Shown piece by piece: positions 15,529 through 29,900 of a stretch of 64,000 nt of DNA. Location: positions 55,800,001-55,864,000 of the forward strand of contig OX597822.1 in NCBI GenBank assembly GCA_951406725.2, in the 5' to 3' direction. Below the pieces are notes generated by a model, which was not told the origin of the DNA, did no database searches, and worked only from the letters and a program-made list of their open reading frames with translations. Each line of letters opens with the position of its first letter. The stretch's first letter is position 1. A program made the position numbers and the translations under genes. Source of the DNA: Octopus vulgaris (Eukaryota).

Positions 15529-16476
15529 TGTGTGTGTGCGTGCGTGTGTGTGTGTGCGCGTGTTTATATGTGTATGTGTATTTGTGTCTGTATTTGTCCC
15601 CCACCATCGCTTAACAACCGATGCTGGTGTGTTTATATCCCTGTAACTTAGCGGATCCTCAAAAGATAGCCTTAAAATAAGTATTAGCCTTAAAAAGAAT
15701 AACTCCTGGGGTCGATTTTTTCGATTAAAATCCTTTAAAGCGGTGCTCCAGCCTGCCCGCCCCCCCCCAAATGACTGAAACATATAAAAGTTAATGTATA
15801 TATATATATAAACTTGTACTGCACGAAAGTGAACTTTGACTTTTGTAAGGTATTTCGGGATTACACATCTGGTCACTAAGATGACTTTAGCTGATTTAAT
15901 TATCGTTTATAGAATATTTTACAAACACTCCAAGATTCCAGAATTTTTCTCAGTGATTCTTTCAGAGTCGATTACAGAAGCGGGGGTGGGTGGGTGTAAG
16001 AGTCACGTGATTTAGGTCAGCCGATGTACAGTTATAGTATGTAAATTTTTCAGCTGTCTTGTATTAAACAAAAGCGCAAAAAAAAAAAAAAAAAAAAATC
16101 AATAAACATTTTATCCTGTTGCAAAATTTGTTTTTCTCTTCAGTTGAAAACAATTACTGTTTTGTTAACAATAAACAATCTAAACAGATTTAAGATAGTA
16201 CATCATGCTTACGGTTCTTGAGCCATATCATCGAATGAAGTAAACGCTACTCACTTGAGCATGTGTAAAGGTGTTTAAAGTTTTTCAGTTAAATGTTCCA
16301 TGAAACTACAAAATGGAAGAAACTATGCAAGAAAAGCAATGGACATCAGCACAGAAAGAAAAGGAAGGCAAGAAAGTTAAAATTACTGTATTAATGACAC
16401 ATTTCCTAATATTACTTATGGTAGCCAAAGTATGTTTCCCGATTTCCACGTCATATGACATGTACCACTGGTTGTT

Positions 16477-16964
<488 letters not shown>

Positions 16965-17205
16965 TATGTTCTTTTATTATTTTCATTGTTTCAATCATTT
17001 TGACTGTGGCTATGCTGGAACACCGCTTACTAGTCGACGAAATCATCCCCTGGACTTATTATTTATAAGCCTGATGCTTATTCTATCAGTCTCTTTTGTC
17101 AAACGGATAAGTTACGGGGAGCACTCCACAGACACGTGTACCTTTAACGTAGTTCTCAGGGCGATTCAGTATGGCACAGTGTGTAACAAGGCTGGCCCTT
17201 TGAAA

Positions 17206-17289
<84 letters not shown>

Positions 17290-17386
17290 ATCTATCTAGA
17301 CACGCACCCCGCCCCACACATATAGTCAATTAATGAAAAAACATACATAAGAAAGAAGCACATTCTAAAAATACAGAGCAGTAATT

Positions 17387-18095
17387 ATTACAACAAAATT
17401 TCATTCAGAGTTACCCAAGGTTTCGCACCCACAAAGCCTTGTGGACAGCTTGTCAGACTATATGAATGCAAAATTCTAAAATATCTGCGTCGCAGACGTG
17501 ATGAAACGCTCAGAACTCGAGGCATACGAAAAAAATCTTAACGAGGACTGGTTATTTCCCCTTAAACAGAGGGAAAATATCCTTTATATACTCGGAGAGG
17601 CCTAATGATCAAACGGGGAAACCCAATTTTCTAGAGAGTAGCGCTTGAAGTGGAAACATTTAGAAAATACTCTTTTACGGTTGTTTAATGCGCCAGGCTT
17701 CTTAAGATCCTTAGTAATTTTGGCTCTCATCACGATACAGATCAGGCAGAGTCAAAATTCTTTAGGATTTTAAGAAATCAGGCGCATTAAATAACCGTAA
17801 AGAAGTATTTTCTAAATGTATCCACTTCAAGCGCTACTTATTAGAAAATTGGATCTTACCGTTTGCTCATTAGGCCTTTCCGAGTATATAAGGATATTTT
17901 CCTCTCTGTTTAATGGGAAATAACCCGTGCTCATTAACGTTTTATCGTATGTCTCGAGTTTTGAGCGTTTCCTCACGTCTGCCACGTAGATATTTTAGAA
18001 TTTTGTATTCATATAATGTCTGACGGGCTGTCCACAAAGCTTTAGCGTTGTGGGTGCGAAACCTTGTGTAGCTCTATATAAAAATTTATTGTAAT
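17387..18095. mobile_element. ~700-bp foldback with an HHR-like motif near the outer end of each arm
   Basis: Arms ~17387-17727 and ~17748-18095 are diverged reverse complements; HHR-like motifs at 17402-17468 (-) and ~18017-18073 (+). Confidence 0.8.
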
Positions 18096-19220
18096 CTATA
18101 TAAAATATGTGTGCGTGTTTAATTTTCTATCTCTCCCTACCCTCCTCTCTCTCTCTCTCTTTCTCCCTCTGTGTGTATGTGTGTGTGTGTGCATGAGTAT
18201 TCCACTAGCGTGTGTTGCAGAAGTGAGATGATGTGTGCCAATCGTCAAATTTTAATTAGTGGAGAAATTCTAGATGAATTAGAACTTTGCTACTAGACAG
18301 TTAGATCTGATATTTGTTATAACGAATGATGAAAGCAACGCTGACTCTGTCAGCGATGAGACGCTGAATACATTGATTATTGTGACGACGAGAGCGACGA
18401 CGACGACGCTGGTGATTATCATGATGATCATGATGATCATCATCATGTTGGTGATGACGACGAAAATGAAAACACTCATAAAGACTAACAAAAGGAACTC
18501 ATACTTGAGTTATTTTTGACTATTTATTCAGTTACTTTCTTTTCTTCATTCTTTTTTTATTCTTTAGAACAAAGAAATTTTTTTAAAAATTACAACAATC
18601 CATCAAACAAAGAATTAAAATATAAATTAAGAAAGTAAACAGAAAGAGAGGAAAGAGATAGGAAAGAAGGATATGAAAAAGAAAGAGAGCAATGAGTAAT
18701 AATTTCTAGTTTGAATGGAAATTTCGAGAATGTCTTTCATTTGAAAAAAAAAATTTCTGTAAAGGCCTTAATGGTTTCTACATTTCCAAAGCATCAGAAT
18801 TATTTAGATTTATTTAGAGTTAATTAAATTTTGTTCCTAAAGCAATGATACAGCTGCGTTGACCAGTAATAAGCAAATGGCAAGTAACAGCAATAGTTCA
18901 AGATTCGAACTAATCACAAAATTCGCCTGATATTATATTGTTTAAATCTTTAAATAAATTTTGTTTTATTCGGAAACAGATGGGATGTTAATATATTGTA
19001 TGTTTTGTTACGGAATAGGAGCGATAGAATAGGAGTGTGCTGTGTTCTTGCTTTTTACGAATGACAATGAGTAATGTCGTATAACGTAAAGTGAGTTCGT
19101 TATATGAGATGAGAAGGAATAGAGACAACGATTCTGCTAGAATTTAAAGTTTACTACTCTCCTCGAAAACTGATTAGAATTTATTAACTTCATTATAACT
19201 AGGCGCGCAGGGTTTTTTAT

Positions 19221-19291
<71 letters not shown>

Positions 19292-19308
19292 TGGATAGAT
19301 GGATAGAT

Positions 19309-19369
<61 letters not shown>

Positions 19370-19442
19370 TAGATACATACATACATACATACATACATAC
19401 ATACATACATACATACATACATACATGCATACATACATATAT

Positions 19443-19815
19443 AGAGTATGCACCATCAAAGGAGTCAGCTGCCCTGCTGATGTGGATATTTCTACGAAGA
19501 TCAAAGAGAAATGGGCTAACTACGGGCAACTGCTTCGAAACATCCATGTTCTATGCCCAGATTATAAATGCATATTTATATCAACAATAACTGGTGCATT
19601 TGATTTTGTGAACAAATGTTAGATGGCTGGTACTTTCAGGGAAAGAAATCAACCAGCTGGAACGCACATTTCAAACACATTCTGCAATCTGAACAGTATA
19701 AGTATGCAAGATTTTTTTCAAGTTCAAAATGTGAATATATTTTTACCTACATTCATAAGACGGAGCTTTGTACCTTTGTGACTAGGAGATTTGAAATAAA
19801 ATAGAAGAGAACCAT
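19443..19815 (+). pseudogene. C-terminal RLE-domain fragment of an R4/Dong-like non-LTR retrotransposon, inserted in (CATA)n
   Basis: [28 protein letters not shown]...[11 protein letters not shown]; (CATA)n on both sides. Confidence 0.7.
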
Positions 19816-20004
19816 ACATGCATACATACATACATACATACATACATACATACATACATACATACATGCATACATACATACATACACACACACACACATA
19901 CATACATACATACATACATACATACATACATACATACACAAGTACTCAGAGAGGCACACATATTGAAACTGGAATTTGTATGAATCGCTTCTCAAACTTC
20001 TCGT

Positions 20005-20430
20005 TTTCACGCCGTCATGGTGCTGGCCACCTTCCTCCCATGTCTTTCTTAAGGTCATAAAGCTTCCCTGCCCAGCTCGAGCCAACGAGACTAGACCGAG
20101 GGGATGGTAAAATGTCGGGCGTTATGACAACTTTTCCGTTCCCTCGTAGTAGGTTCTTCATCTAGGATGCTACATGGTGTGACACTTGCTCCGGCGGCAA
20201 CTTGGCATAGCCAGTTACCAAACCAGGCTCTGCTGCTCGTCAGGCTGAGAAAAGTAAACATTCAAAGTTTATGGTTGAGCCTGAGGCAGTGGTAATCTCA
20301 GGCGTTCTTGGTCCCCGGATGAAATCGGGCGGTGATGGTTGTCCGCAAGTGCGAACCTCGTGAGGCAGATCTCCCTCAACAACCTTTCTCATTTTGTCTG
20401 CTGGGGCCATGAGAAATGTTTCTTAATAAA
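20005..20430 (+). pseudogene. CRE-clade non-LTR retrotransposon RLE-domain remnant
   Basis: LEPTRLDRGDGK..MTTFPF..*DATWCDT...PGSAARQAEKSK...EPEAV.ISGVLGP. Confidence 0.65.
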
Positions 20431-20639
20431 CCTATATAAGAAAGTCCGATAGAATAAGTACTAGGCTTACAAAGAATAAGTCCTGAGGTCGATTTATTCG
20501 ACAAACGGCGGTGTTCCAGCATGGCCGCAGTCAAAATGACTGAAACATGTAAAAGAAAAAAGTAAAATAATATATATATAATATAAGATCGCAAGACACC
20601 ATACCTTTTTATATTTTCTCTCCCTGTTTATTTCCGTGT

Positions 20640-20678
20640 TCTTTTCTGTTGAAGAGCGTAGGTTCGAAACGTAAAAGA
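20640..20678 (+). ncRNA. Degenerate minimal HHR-like motif
   Basis: TCTTTT-CTGTTGA-A-GAGC-GTAG-GTTC-GAAAC-GTA-AAAGA; core has an A->U change; related copy at ~53555-53590. Confidence 0.35.
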
Positions 20679-20761
20679 CTTTCTCACTTCCCGGGCGTTA
20701 AACTAATACATCTCTTTGTTGTTTACACAGCCGTCTTCGTCTTTTGTTTTTTAGCGAATTC

Positions 20762-20808
<47 letters not shown>

Positions 20809-21011
20809 GCAGTAAAATGACTGAAACAAAAGAAAGAATAAGAGAAAAATCTATGATTTTGATCTAGTTTTGCTGGGCAAATGTGGAAAAGTTTGCACAA
20901 TGGAGTAAGGTTGTATAATGTGATGTTAGTAGCATGAATAAATACATCTATTTTGTACATCAAAATATAATTTGATCCTGGGAGCAAGAAGTATTTTTCA
21001 CAATGTAGATT

Positions 21012-21074
<63 letters not shown>

Positions 21075-22610
21075 TTTTTGTGTTATAATGTGAAAACTGT
21101 GTTTAACTGTTGGTATAGATTGTTTAAATACAATGGTATGATAGAGTTGCTGACAGAGAGACAATTGATAGTCGATAGAAATATAAATGCTTCGATTAGA
21201 CCTATACATAACCCAGTTTAAACACGAAAGGTTAGAAGGAAGAATGACAGAAAGGAAGGACGTGCAAGGAATCGTGGTGAAAGGGGAAGAAGGAAGCTAA
21301 AATTTTAAGTAAAGAATGTATCCGGTGGAATGGAGAAAGAATGTGATTTGTAGTGGAAGTAGTTGGGCATTGATATGTATTAGATACAAAGGATTTTCAT
21401 TCACAAAAATATATCCACGATGAATGACATTTGTTAAGCGAAATTCACATATATAATGATATCTCTTAAGGCCACTCACCTGGAAAAGAATAACACCTTA
21501 CAAGAGAAACAGAATGAGTTTCAAAAAGTGTTATGTAGCTGTTGAGTGAAACTAAGTGAATCACGCGTTAAGAGAATAGAGTGAGAAGAAATAAAAATAA
21601 ACAGAATTATGTGGATTGATTACTGAAAACATTTGATAGTATATTATACTTTCGCATATTTGAGACATTCTACATAGGTAACACAGCTCCATTACTAATA
21701 CAATATATCAGACATGTCATCATCTCAATATATAAAAAAAAATCACCATAGTGCTAAAAGATGGTATTAAAGTAGTCCGAACCAATAAGAAGACTAGTTT
21801 TACCAAGACCACTTTATTCATTTGTATAGCGTTAATTTTATTTATACATTTACAGAATGAAACCATCGGTAGTTATAAATGTGACAGAATTTGTAAGTCA
21901 TCTCTCTATGACTGATTTAATGGTTTTTACAAGAGATAAGGGAAGAACGTATGAAAAAAGGCTATCCAGAAATTCATCTACGCATCTTTCCCTAAGCCCT
22001 GTATTAAATAAATACTTTCACTTCAGTCTTATCCGCTGACAGCCGCGGCTCAATAATGTTAAAAATATGTATTGTGAAAAAGAGGAATTACTTTTTGTAA
22101 ATTTGGGTACAAAATTTTTTTAACTGTCACTTCTCTTGTAATGCTCCACCTCTGCTATGATTCAACAAAATGAAGTACATTTTTGGACATAATTCAAATG
22201 CATCGACATAATATGGGATGTCAAAACAACATTTCCACCACTAATAATGGCTTCCAATTTTGGCACAAGTCCAATGATATTGGGAAAAGGGGCAAGTCGA
22301 TTGGATCGACTCCAGTGATCAACTGGTAGTTATTTTATCCACCATAACAGGGAAAGTCAATCTCGGCGGAATTTGAACTTAGAACTTATTTTATCCACCC
22401 CCAAATGGTTGAAAGGCAAAGTCAACAGCGCCGGAATTTGAACACAGAACGTAAAGACCTACGAAATGACGCTAAGCATTTTACCTGGCTTGCTAACGAC
22501 TCCGCTATCTCGCAACCTAAGTCCGATTATTCACATCACCAGATGAAGTGCACACAATAATCTTTGAAGTCGTTTTTGAAAATTAGGGCAATTTAAGTGA
22601 ATGTATGCAC

Positions 22611-22689
<79 letters not shown>

Positions 22690-22691
<2 letters not shown>

Positions 22692-22985
22692 GGGTAATTT
22701 TAATTAACTAATTATTAATTAATAATTTAACCAAGTTGTTCGGTATGTTAAAAGAACCATTATCGGTAAACTTATACAAAAATTCTATAATTATGAGTAT
22801 AATTATGATTAGGGTTCAGCAAAATGTTGTTTCACCACATACAAAAATTTAGAAATAGCAGTTAAAAACTACTTTCTTATGGTAGTGAAATAGTAGTTTT
22901 AACTGCTATTTCTAAATTTCGGTATGTGGTGAAGCAAATTTTTGCTGAACCCTAATTATAATTATACCCATAATTATAGAATTTT

Positions 22986-22988
<3 letters not shown>
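22690..22988. mobile_element. Microsatellite-anchored foldback
   Basis: Arms ~22777-22872 and ~22891-22988 are reverse complements; left end resembles 56912-57030. Confidence 0.75.
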
Positions 22989-23032
<44 letters not shown>

Positions 23033-23350
23033 AAGTGTACACCGTCCTTCACTCTCTCTTACACATATATATTTGTGTGTATACACGCACAAAAACACAC
23101 ACACATATACACACACGCGCACCTACGCGCACCTACACACACACACACACACACACACACAACTGTATGTATTGTAAAGGGAGCGATGGAGATCATTGTG
23201 GCACTAATGGGAATAGAGATAGTGACGAAGAGGATTGAAACTAATGGGGTTATGATGGTGATTAGTGAGTGATAATATATTTACACACAGAAAGAAAGAA
23301 TGAGAGAGAGGGAGAAGGAGAGAGAGAGAGAGGAAGAGCGAAAGAGAATG

Positions 23351-23381
<31 letters not shown>

Positions 23382-23685
23382 AAGAGACATTGAATGAGAA
23401 GGTGGGAGGGGAAGATAAGCTATCAGATTTGTAGAAAGATAAATAGATTTAAAGAATGATTGCGAAATAGACATGAAATTGCTCCCACTTAATACATGCT
23501 CTTAAATAAAGTATATTAATCCAAAAGGAGAAACCCTAAATGCTATATCAGTTAAGATAGAGAACAGAGTGAAAGGAAAGTCGATAATCTAGAAGCTTCC
23601 TGGAGAATTGGAATCATGCTTTTATTTTTGATACTGTAGAGAATCAGTATAAATATGATCAGAACGGTCACAATGTGAGTTAAGT

Positions 23686-23716
<31 letters not shown>

Positions 23717-23737
23717 GATTGTGTCAATGATTGTGTC

Positions 23738-23949
23738 TCTTTTACTCTTTTACTTGTTTCAGTCATTTGACTGCGGCCATGCTGGAGCACCGCCTTTAGT
23801 CGAGCAAATCGACCCCAGGACTTATTCTTTGGAAGCCTTGTACTTATTCTATCGTTCTCTCTTGCCGAACCGCTAGGTTACGGGGACGTAAACACACCAG
23901 CATCGGTTGTCAAGTGATGTTGGGGACAAACACAGACACACAAACATAT

Positions 23950-24006
<57 letters not shown>

Positions 24007-24162
24007 CGACGGGCTTCTTTCAGTTTCCGTCTTCCAAATCCACTCACAAGGCTTTGGTCGGCCCGAGGCTATAGTAGAAGACACTTGCCCAAGGTGCCAC
24101 GCAGTGGGACTGAACCCGGGACCATGTGGTTGGTAAGCAAGCTACTTACCACACAGCCACTC
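23738..24162 (-). mobile_element. Full-length tRNA-derived SINE with CORE-like segment, internal microsatellite and (AGTAAAAG)-type tail
   Basis: Head gagtggctgtgtggtaag...gggttcagtccc...ccttgggcaagtg; copies at 56015-56432 and 62129-62548, plus many partial copies. Confidence 0.85.
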
Positions 24163-24965
24163 AACGAATTCATAGCAGTTGTTAACCTTTTCGGATAGAA
24201 TGCTTCGGATTACTTTTCTGACACTCCGCACTCTGAGTACATATTCTGCCAAGGTCTCCTTTACTGTTTATCCTTTCAGAGTGGAAAAAAACGACTAGTT
24301 CAAGGCTGTAGACTGATGAAACTATAAAAGCATAGGAGCAGTTGGAGAAAACAAACCGAATCATATTTACATTCAGATATTCATATCTATGGAATACTCA
24401 ATCACTTACACCTTAATTCCACGAATAGGAATTTGATTGATCGATCAATCGACCGCTCATCGTCGAGACTGATACAGACATGCATTATATTGTCAGGTAA
24501 ATGAGATGAATGAGAATTTCAGTGATGTCTGTGAGTCAAAGGAAACCAACACAAGCCGAATTAAATGCCCTTATTTTCTCTAAAAACAGATGTTCAGTTT
24601 TAAAGAAAAGCTCAAACATATACAGCATTGAACGTTCTTCCTTTCATTTATCTTAAAAATGGACCAAGAGGAGGCGGCTTAGTTTTCCTGCTGTCCTTAG
24701 CAGCTCAAGCTACAGAATAGAGTGTAAGGTTGATTCTGCAAGAAGGTAGAGGGTATCGTTGAAACACCTCGGAAAGGGTTCAAATTGGTTCGGATATTGG
24801 TATGTGATCCTTGAAACATACAACAACAATAAAAACCACAACAAATATGTCAATCGATGAGAGAACATGGTTTTTACTTAGCCAACATACTTTAAGATTA
24901 ACAAGAAGCAAATTGGGAAAAGAAGGCTAAAGGGAAGCTTAAATAGAAATGGGAAGAAGTTCGTG

Positions 24966-25005
<40 letters not shown>

Positions 25006-25984
25006 AAAGAGAGAAAGAGAGAGAAAGAGGATGCGAAATATCCCAGGTTTCAGGTGGTGGGGAAGAGAGTTCTGTCAATTGAATTCCATCCATTATTTAA
25101 TTGGAACTTTATTTTATGGAACCCGAGGATGATGCAGTATTGACCTCAGAATGAATTGAAATCAGAAGTAACAATCTCTTAGCAAAACACTAACAAAGCA
25201 TTTTATTCAACGTTTTAACGAATCCATAGCCTGTAGGTTCTATGAAATATTGAGAGAAAACAATCAGGTTCTCAGCCGTAGTGATAAATCTTGATATACA
25301 ATCACTATGCTTATGATCCTAATATTAACCTATCCCAACTGATTTCTGTCTACTTACATGAAGCAGCATAAATGGCAAAGCTCACCTTCGTGATAGTTCG
25401 TTAGCATAAAGTGCTAGGTTTAATCCCTCCTATGTGGGTAACATATGTTATTTACAGCCATTTGGCATCTTCTTAACAGAAAGAGAAACGCAAAACGCAC
25501 ACCAATGTCACGAAAATTATAATCAATAAAATATTTCCCAATACTCTGCACCAGCAACAAACATAACTATAATATCTAAAATATGCAATTCTTCCATCGA
25601 TATATTGTAATTAAGATTATAAATTATCCGAGGTGGTACTCATTAAAATGTTACTATATATTCCGGCGTGTAAGACGCGCGTAACAAAAACTTGCAATGC
25701 GTTTAATTCCTATGACGAATGGGATACTGAATGCACGAGTGTATGATTAAACATAATAAATTTATTTTTTCCACAAAATATTCTTGTAAAGCCGGTATGT
25801 ATCTTATGCGAGAGTGTGTCTTATTCGCCGTCAAATACGATATTTCATTCTTTCTTAAGAGCCGTCCTTATTGCTTAAATGAGACTGCTATGGTTAGCAA
25901 CTCATACTATCCAGGTTTTTATTTTTATCGATCTTTGATCTTTTGCTACAGTATGCACGTTCAGCAGGCAACAAGACCCAAATA

Positions 25985-26519
25985 CAGTAATCCCTCGACT
26001 ATCGCGGGTGCTACGTTCCAAAACCTACCGCAATAGGTGAAAATCCGCGAAGTAGAAACAGTACTGTGCTGTATATTTTTTTATTAATTTTATAATGTGT
26101 ATATATTTATTTTATTATTTTTATATCTTTAAGCTTTTATAAACTCTCCCTACACTCTTAGGAGTATCCGTGTCTTCTCTGTATTTGCCCCCCAAGTTTC
26201 GTTTTCCATGCTGTATGTGCGATTCTTTGTTTACTCATCTACGGTACACTACGTATTTTCTTTTAATATATTTTAATTAATGTGTTATACAGTGCAGTAC
26301 TGTACTGTATTTTTATTTATTACTTTATTAAGTTTTAGGCGTGAAAATGCTTATTTTACCATAATCAAAATCTAAACATATATATATAAATACCTATCGG
26401 CCGCAGAAACCCGCGATATGCTGAGGAGTCCGCGATATAAATTTACATATATTAGCCAGAAAAACCCGCGATGTTCTGAGGGCCCGATAGGTGAAACGCG
26501 ATATGGGGAGTGATTACTG
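25985..26519. mobile_element. pogo/Tigger-like non-autonomous element
   Basis: TIRs CAGTAATCCCTCG..ATCGCG / CGCGATAT..GATTACTG; TA on both flanks (25983-84, 26520-21). Confidence 0.8.
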
Positions 26520-27005
26520 TATCACAATTAAACTGTCTCAGTTTAGTGTTATGAAAATTTTCTGTCAATCAACTATTCTTAAGGAATTCCAAATCTTAAA
26601 TATCATTCTTCAAATAATACTGTAGAGATAGGTCTTTGCGATTCTTAATGCTTCCTTCCCTCCTTCCCTCCTTCCTTCCTTCCTTCCTTTCTTTCTTTCT
26701 TTCCCTCAGATCGACTGAGGAAGACCCAACATATTTTTAAAACAACTGAATCTACTTTAAGCGCTAACGTTAGCTAACATCTCTAATTTTTCGCAAATGT
26801 ATCCATAAATGAAATAGGAAACATTTTATTAATGAATATTTAAGGCGTCATTATGCGGTAAGAAGTGTCCTTCACGACCACATAGTTCCAGGTTCAGTCC
26901 CGCTATGTGAGACCATAGAAAAGTGTCTTCTATAAAACTCGAGTCGACTGAAGCCGTGTGAGTGGATCTGGTTGACGGAAACTAAAAGAAGTCCGTCGTA
27001 TATAC

Positions 27006-27076
<71 letters not shown>

Positions 27077-27116
27077 TAGATAGATAGATAGATAGATATA
27101 TATACATATATATATA

Positions 27117-27218
27117 TTGGAAGGTTTGGAGATGATGTACAGGTATTATACATTAGAAGAAATGAGGTACTCAGAAGATCGGATGGTTTATATTTACAGA
27201 TATTTATTTGTATATTAC

Positions 27219-27301
<83 letters not shown>

Positions 27302-27405
27302 TGGAAGGTTTGGAGATGATGTACAGGTATTATACATTAGAAGAAATGAGGTACTCAGAAGATCGGATGGTTTATATTTACAGATATTTATTTGTATATT
27401 ACATT
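27117..27405. repeat. Direct duplication of a ~105-bp block embedded in (TA)n (period 184)
   Basis: ttggaaggtttggagatg...tattacatt at 27117 and 27301. Confidence 0.9.
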
Positions 27406-27893
27406 TTTTATATATATATTATATCACTTAGATCAATAGCGCTTTCTCCCATTCTAGTGGGGTTTTCAAATCAAACTAAGTTCCTGTGTGAGGAGATTTT
27501 ATAGAGTTTTGTAGTGGTGGGGAGGAATATAAGACAGTACAAGAGGGTGATGGATGAGGAGAAAGTGAGAGAGAGAACATGTGTGTATGTGTGTGTGCGT
27601 GTGTGTGTGTGTGTTTGTATCTGGGATGAGTGCTAAAGAGAAAGAGAGGAAGGGAGAGGGAAGAAGAAGAAAATAATTTTTTTGGTCTGCTGGACAGAAT
27701 ATTGACTCCAAGGAAAAAAAGGAAGAATTTCAGTTTTGATCACTTCACAGTGTCACTGAGTGTGTGGTGGCGGGGAGGCAGGCCATAAATTATATTTCCT
27801 TTTATCATTGTGAGAGAGTGTGTGTGTGTGTTTAATGGTCAAATGCTTTTTTGTGTTTAAGAATTCTTTCCACTTTTTATGATAGTTTTGTGG

Positions 27894-27965
<72 letters not shown>

Positions 27966-28047
27966 GTGGGTGTCTGTGAGTTTGGAGAAGGGAAGAAAGA
28001 AAAAAGGGGGGAAAGGGGAAAAATTGTATTGATATTTATACCACTAT

Positions 28048-28319
28048 ATATATATACATGCTTATACATGAAATATTAGAAAAAAAACCAACTTTTATCG
28101 ATTCAAAATGAACCATTAAATTAAATCTTGAAAATTGCATATCATAGGAAAGTTAAAATTAAAATGACAATTAAAAAGTAAAGATTAAGTAAATTACAAA
28201 AATAATATAATGTATATAACAGGCAATATATATATATACACACACATATATACATACACATACATATACTAAATGTTCTACTATATGAAATTGTAAATCG
28301 AAAGATATGTCCTTCAATG

Positions 28320-28362
<43 letters not shown>

Positions 28363-29784
28363 GCTTATACATGAAATATTAGAAAAAAACACCTTTTATC
28401 GATTCAAAATGAACAATCAAATTACACCATCTTGAAAATTGCATATCATAGGAAAGTTAAAATTAAAATGACAATTAAAAAGTAAAGATTAAGTAAATTA
28501 CAAAAATAATATAATGTATATAAAAGGTAATATATATATACACACATATACTAAATGTTCTACTATATTATATTGTAAATCGAAAGATTTGTCCTTCAAT
28601 GTATGATGAGTAAAATTTCAGCCATTTAATTTGGGGGAGAACTTAGCTATGAAATATTTTTCCATATTCCTTCTTCGGACATTTGTAGAAGGGAAAGATC
28701 TTAAACTTTCCTTCTCCACACGTAGCTAGGTGTGTACTTAGTGGTATCTTGCGTAGTTCTTCCTGCCGAACATGTTGTCGGTGAATCCTTGCTCGCTGGC
28801 ACAAAGAATTACCAGTTTCCTCTATGTAATCCTCCTTGCTCGTGGGGCAGGTTATGCAGTATATAACGTTCTGCGTCTTGCAGTTCATATCTGCATTTAC
28901 TTTGAATACGTAACCACTTTTAATCTCATCTCCCTGTTTCCCTCTATGCATTTGTAGGTGGGGTTGCTGCAGATCTCACATCTACCATCTCCGCACGCTT
29001 TTGCAAAGAATTCCGTTTTAGTTTCTGAAGAGAATTTCGCTCTTGTTAGGTGTTTCTTCAGGTTTTTGTCCTGTCGTCTACTGTTTTTTATGCTATATTT
29101 GTTTAATATGTTTTTCATTTTGGGGCTTTGTAAGGCTATTGGTAGGTTTGAATGTATGATTTGGAACATGTTGGTAACTCCAGAGTTGTGCGTGTTTATA
29201 AAAGGGATAATGTTTTCTTTGTTTTTTGTTTTGGGTGTCCTGAGTTGTGCGATGTCTAGTTTCAATGCTCTTGTGATTCCATTTTCTATTAGTTTAAGGG
29301 GGTATTTTTACTCTAGGAGGAAGTTTTTAAGTTCATCTAGTCTTATTAGTCGTATTTGTGAATCAGTTACTATGCTACATATTCGTCTTGCCATACTATA
29401 TGGGATGTTTCTTTTTGTGTGGGATGTGTGGCAGGAGTGGAAATTTAAATTTTGGTGTGTGTCAGTTTTTTTGTAGTGGATGTCTGTTGTGACGATGGAG
29501 TTGTGTATTTTGATGTTGATGTCTAGGAAGGGAAGTTCGCTGTGGCTGGTATCTATTGTGAAGTTGATAGATGGGTGCAGCGTATTGAGGATGTTGTGGA
29601 ATGTTCGTAGGTCTTCTTCTGATCTGTTCCAAAAGATGAAGCAGTCACCGAGGTAGCGTTTCCACTTTTTCTTGATGTCTTCTCTGAAGTCGTGTTCGAA
29701 GACTTTCCCTATTTCATCGTATAGTTTGTTCTCCAGGAAACCCATCACCAGGTTGGCATATGAAGGTGCGAATTTTGTACCCAT
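28048..29784 (-). mobile_element. 5'-truncated Penelope-like element with tandem 3' repeat
   Basis: RT and GIY-YIG remnants; ~270-bp 3' block duplicated (28048-28320, 28355-28602) with TA runs. Confidence 0.85.
28618..29784 (-). pseudogene. PLE reverse transcriptase + Cys-rich linker + GIY-YIG endonuclease, disrupted
   Basis: MGTKFAPSYANL, WKRYLGDCF (YxDD altered), LPFLD, CGDGRCEIC, NVIYCITC..YIEETG, FIAKFSPKLNG*; stops and frameshifts. Confidence 0.9.
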
Positions 29785-29900
29785 ATTTATATATGCATAT
29801 ATACGTCATATGTGTGCGCGCGCGTTGTTTGTATCCCACCACCGCTTGATAACCGGTGTTTGTATGTTTACGTCTCCGTTCTTCTTCTTCTTCTTGTTAA

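Noticed and set aside
28958-29476. 172-aa plus-strand hydrophobic ORF
   Set aside because: Antisense shadow of the PLE RT
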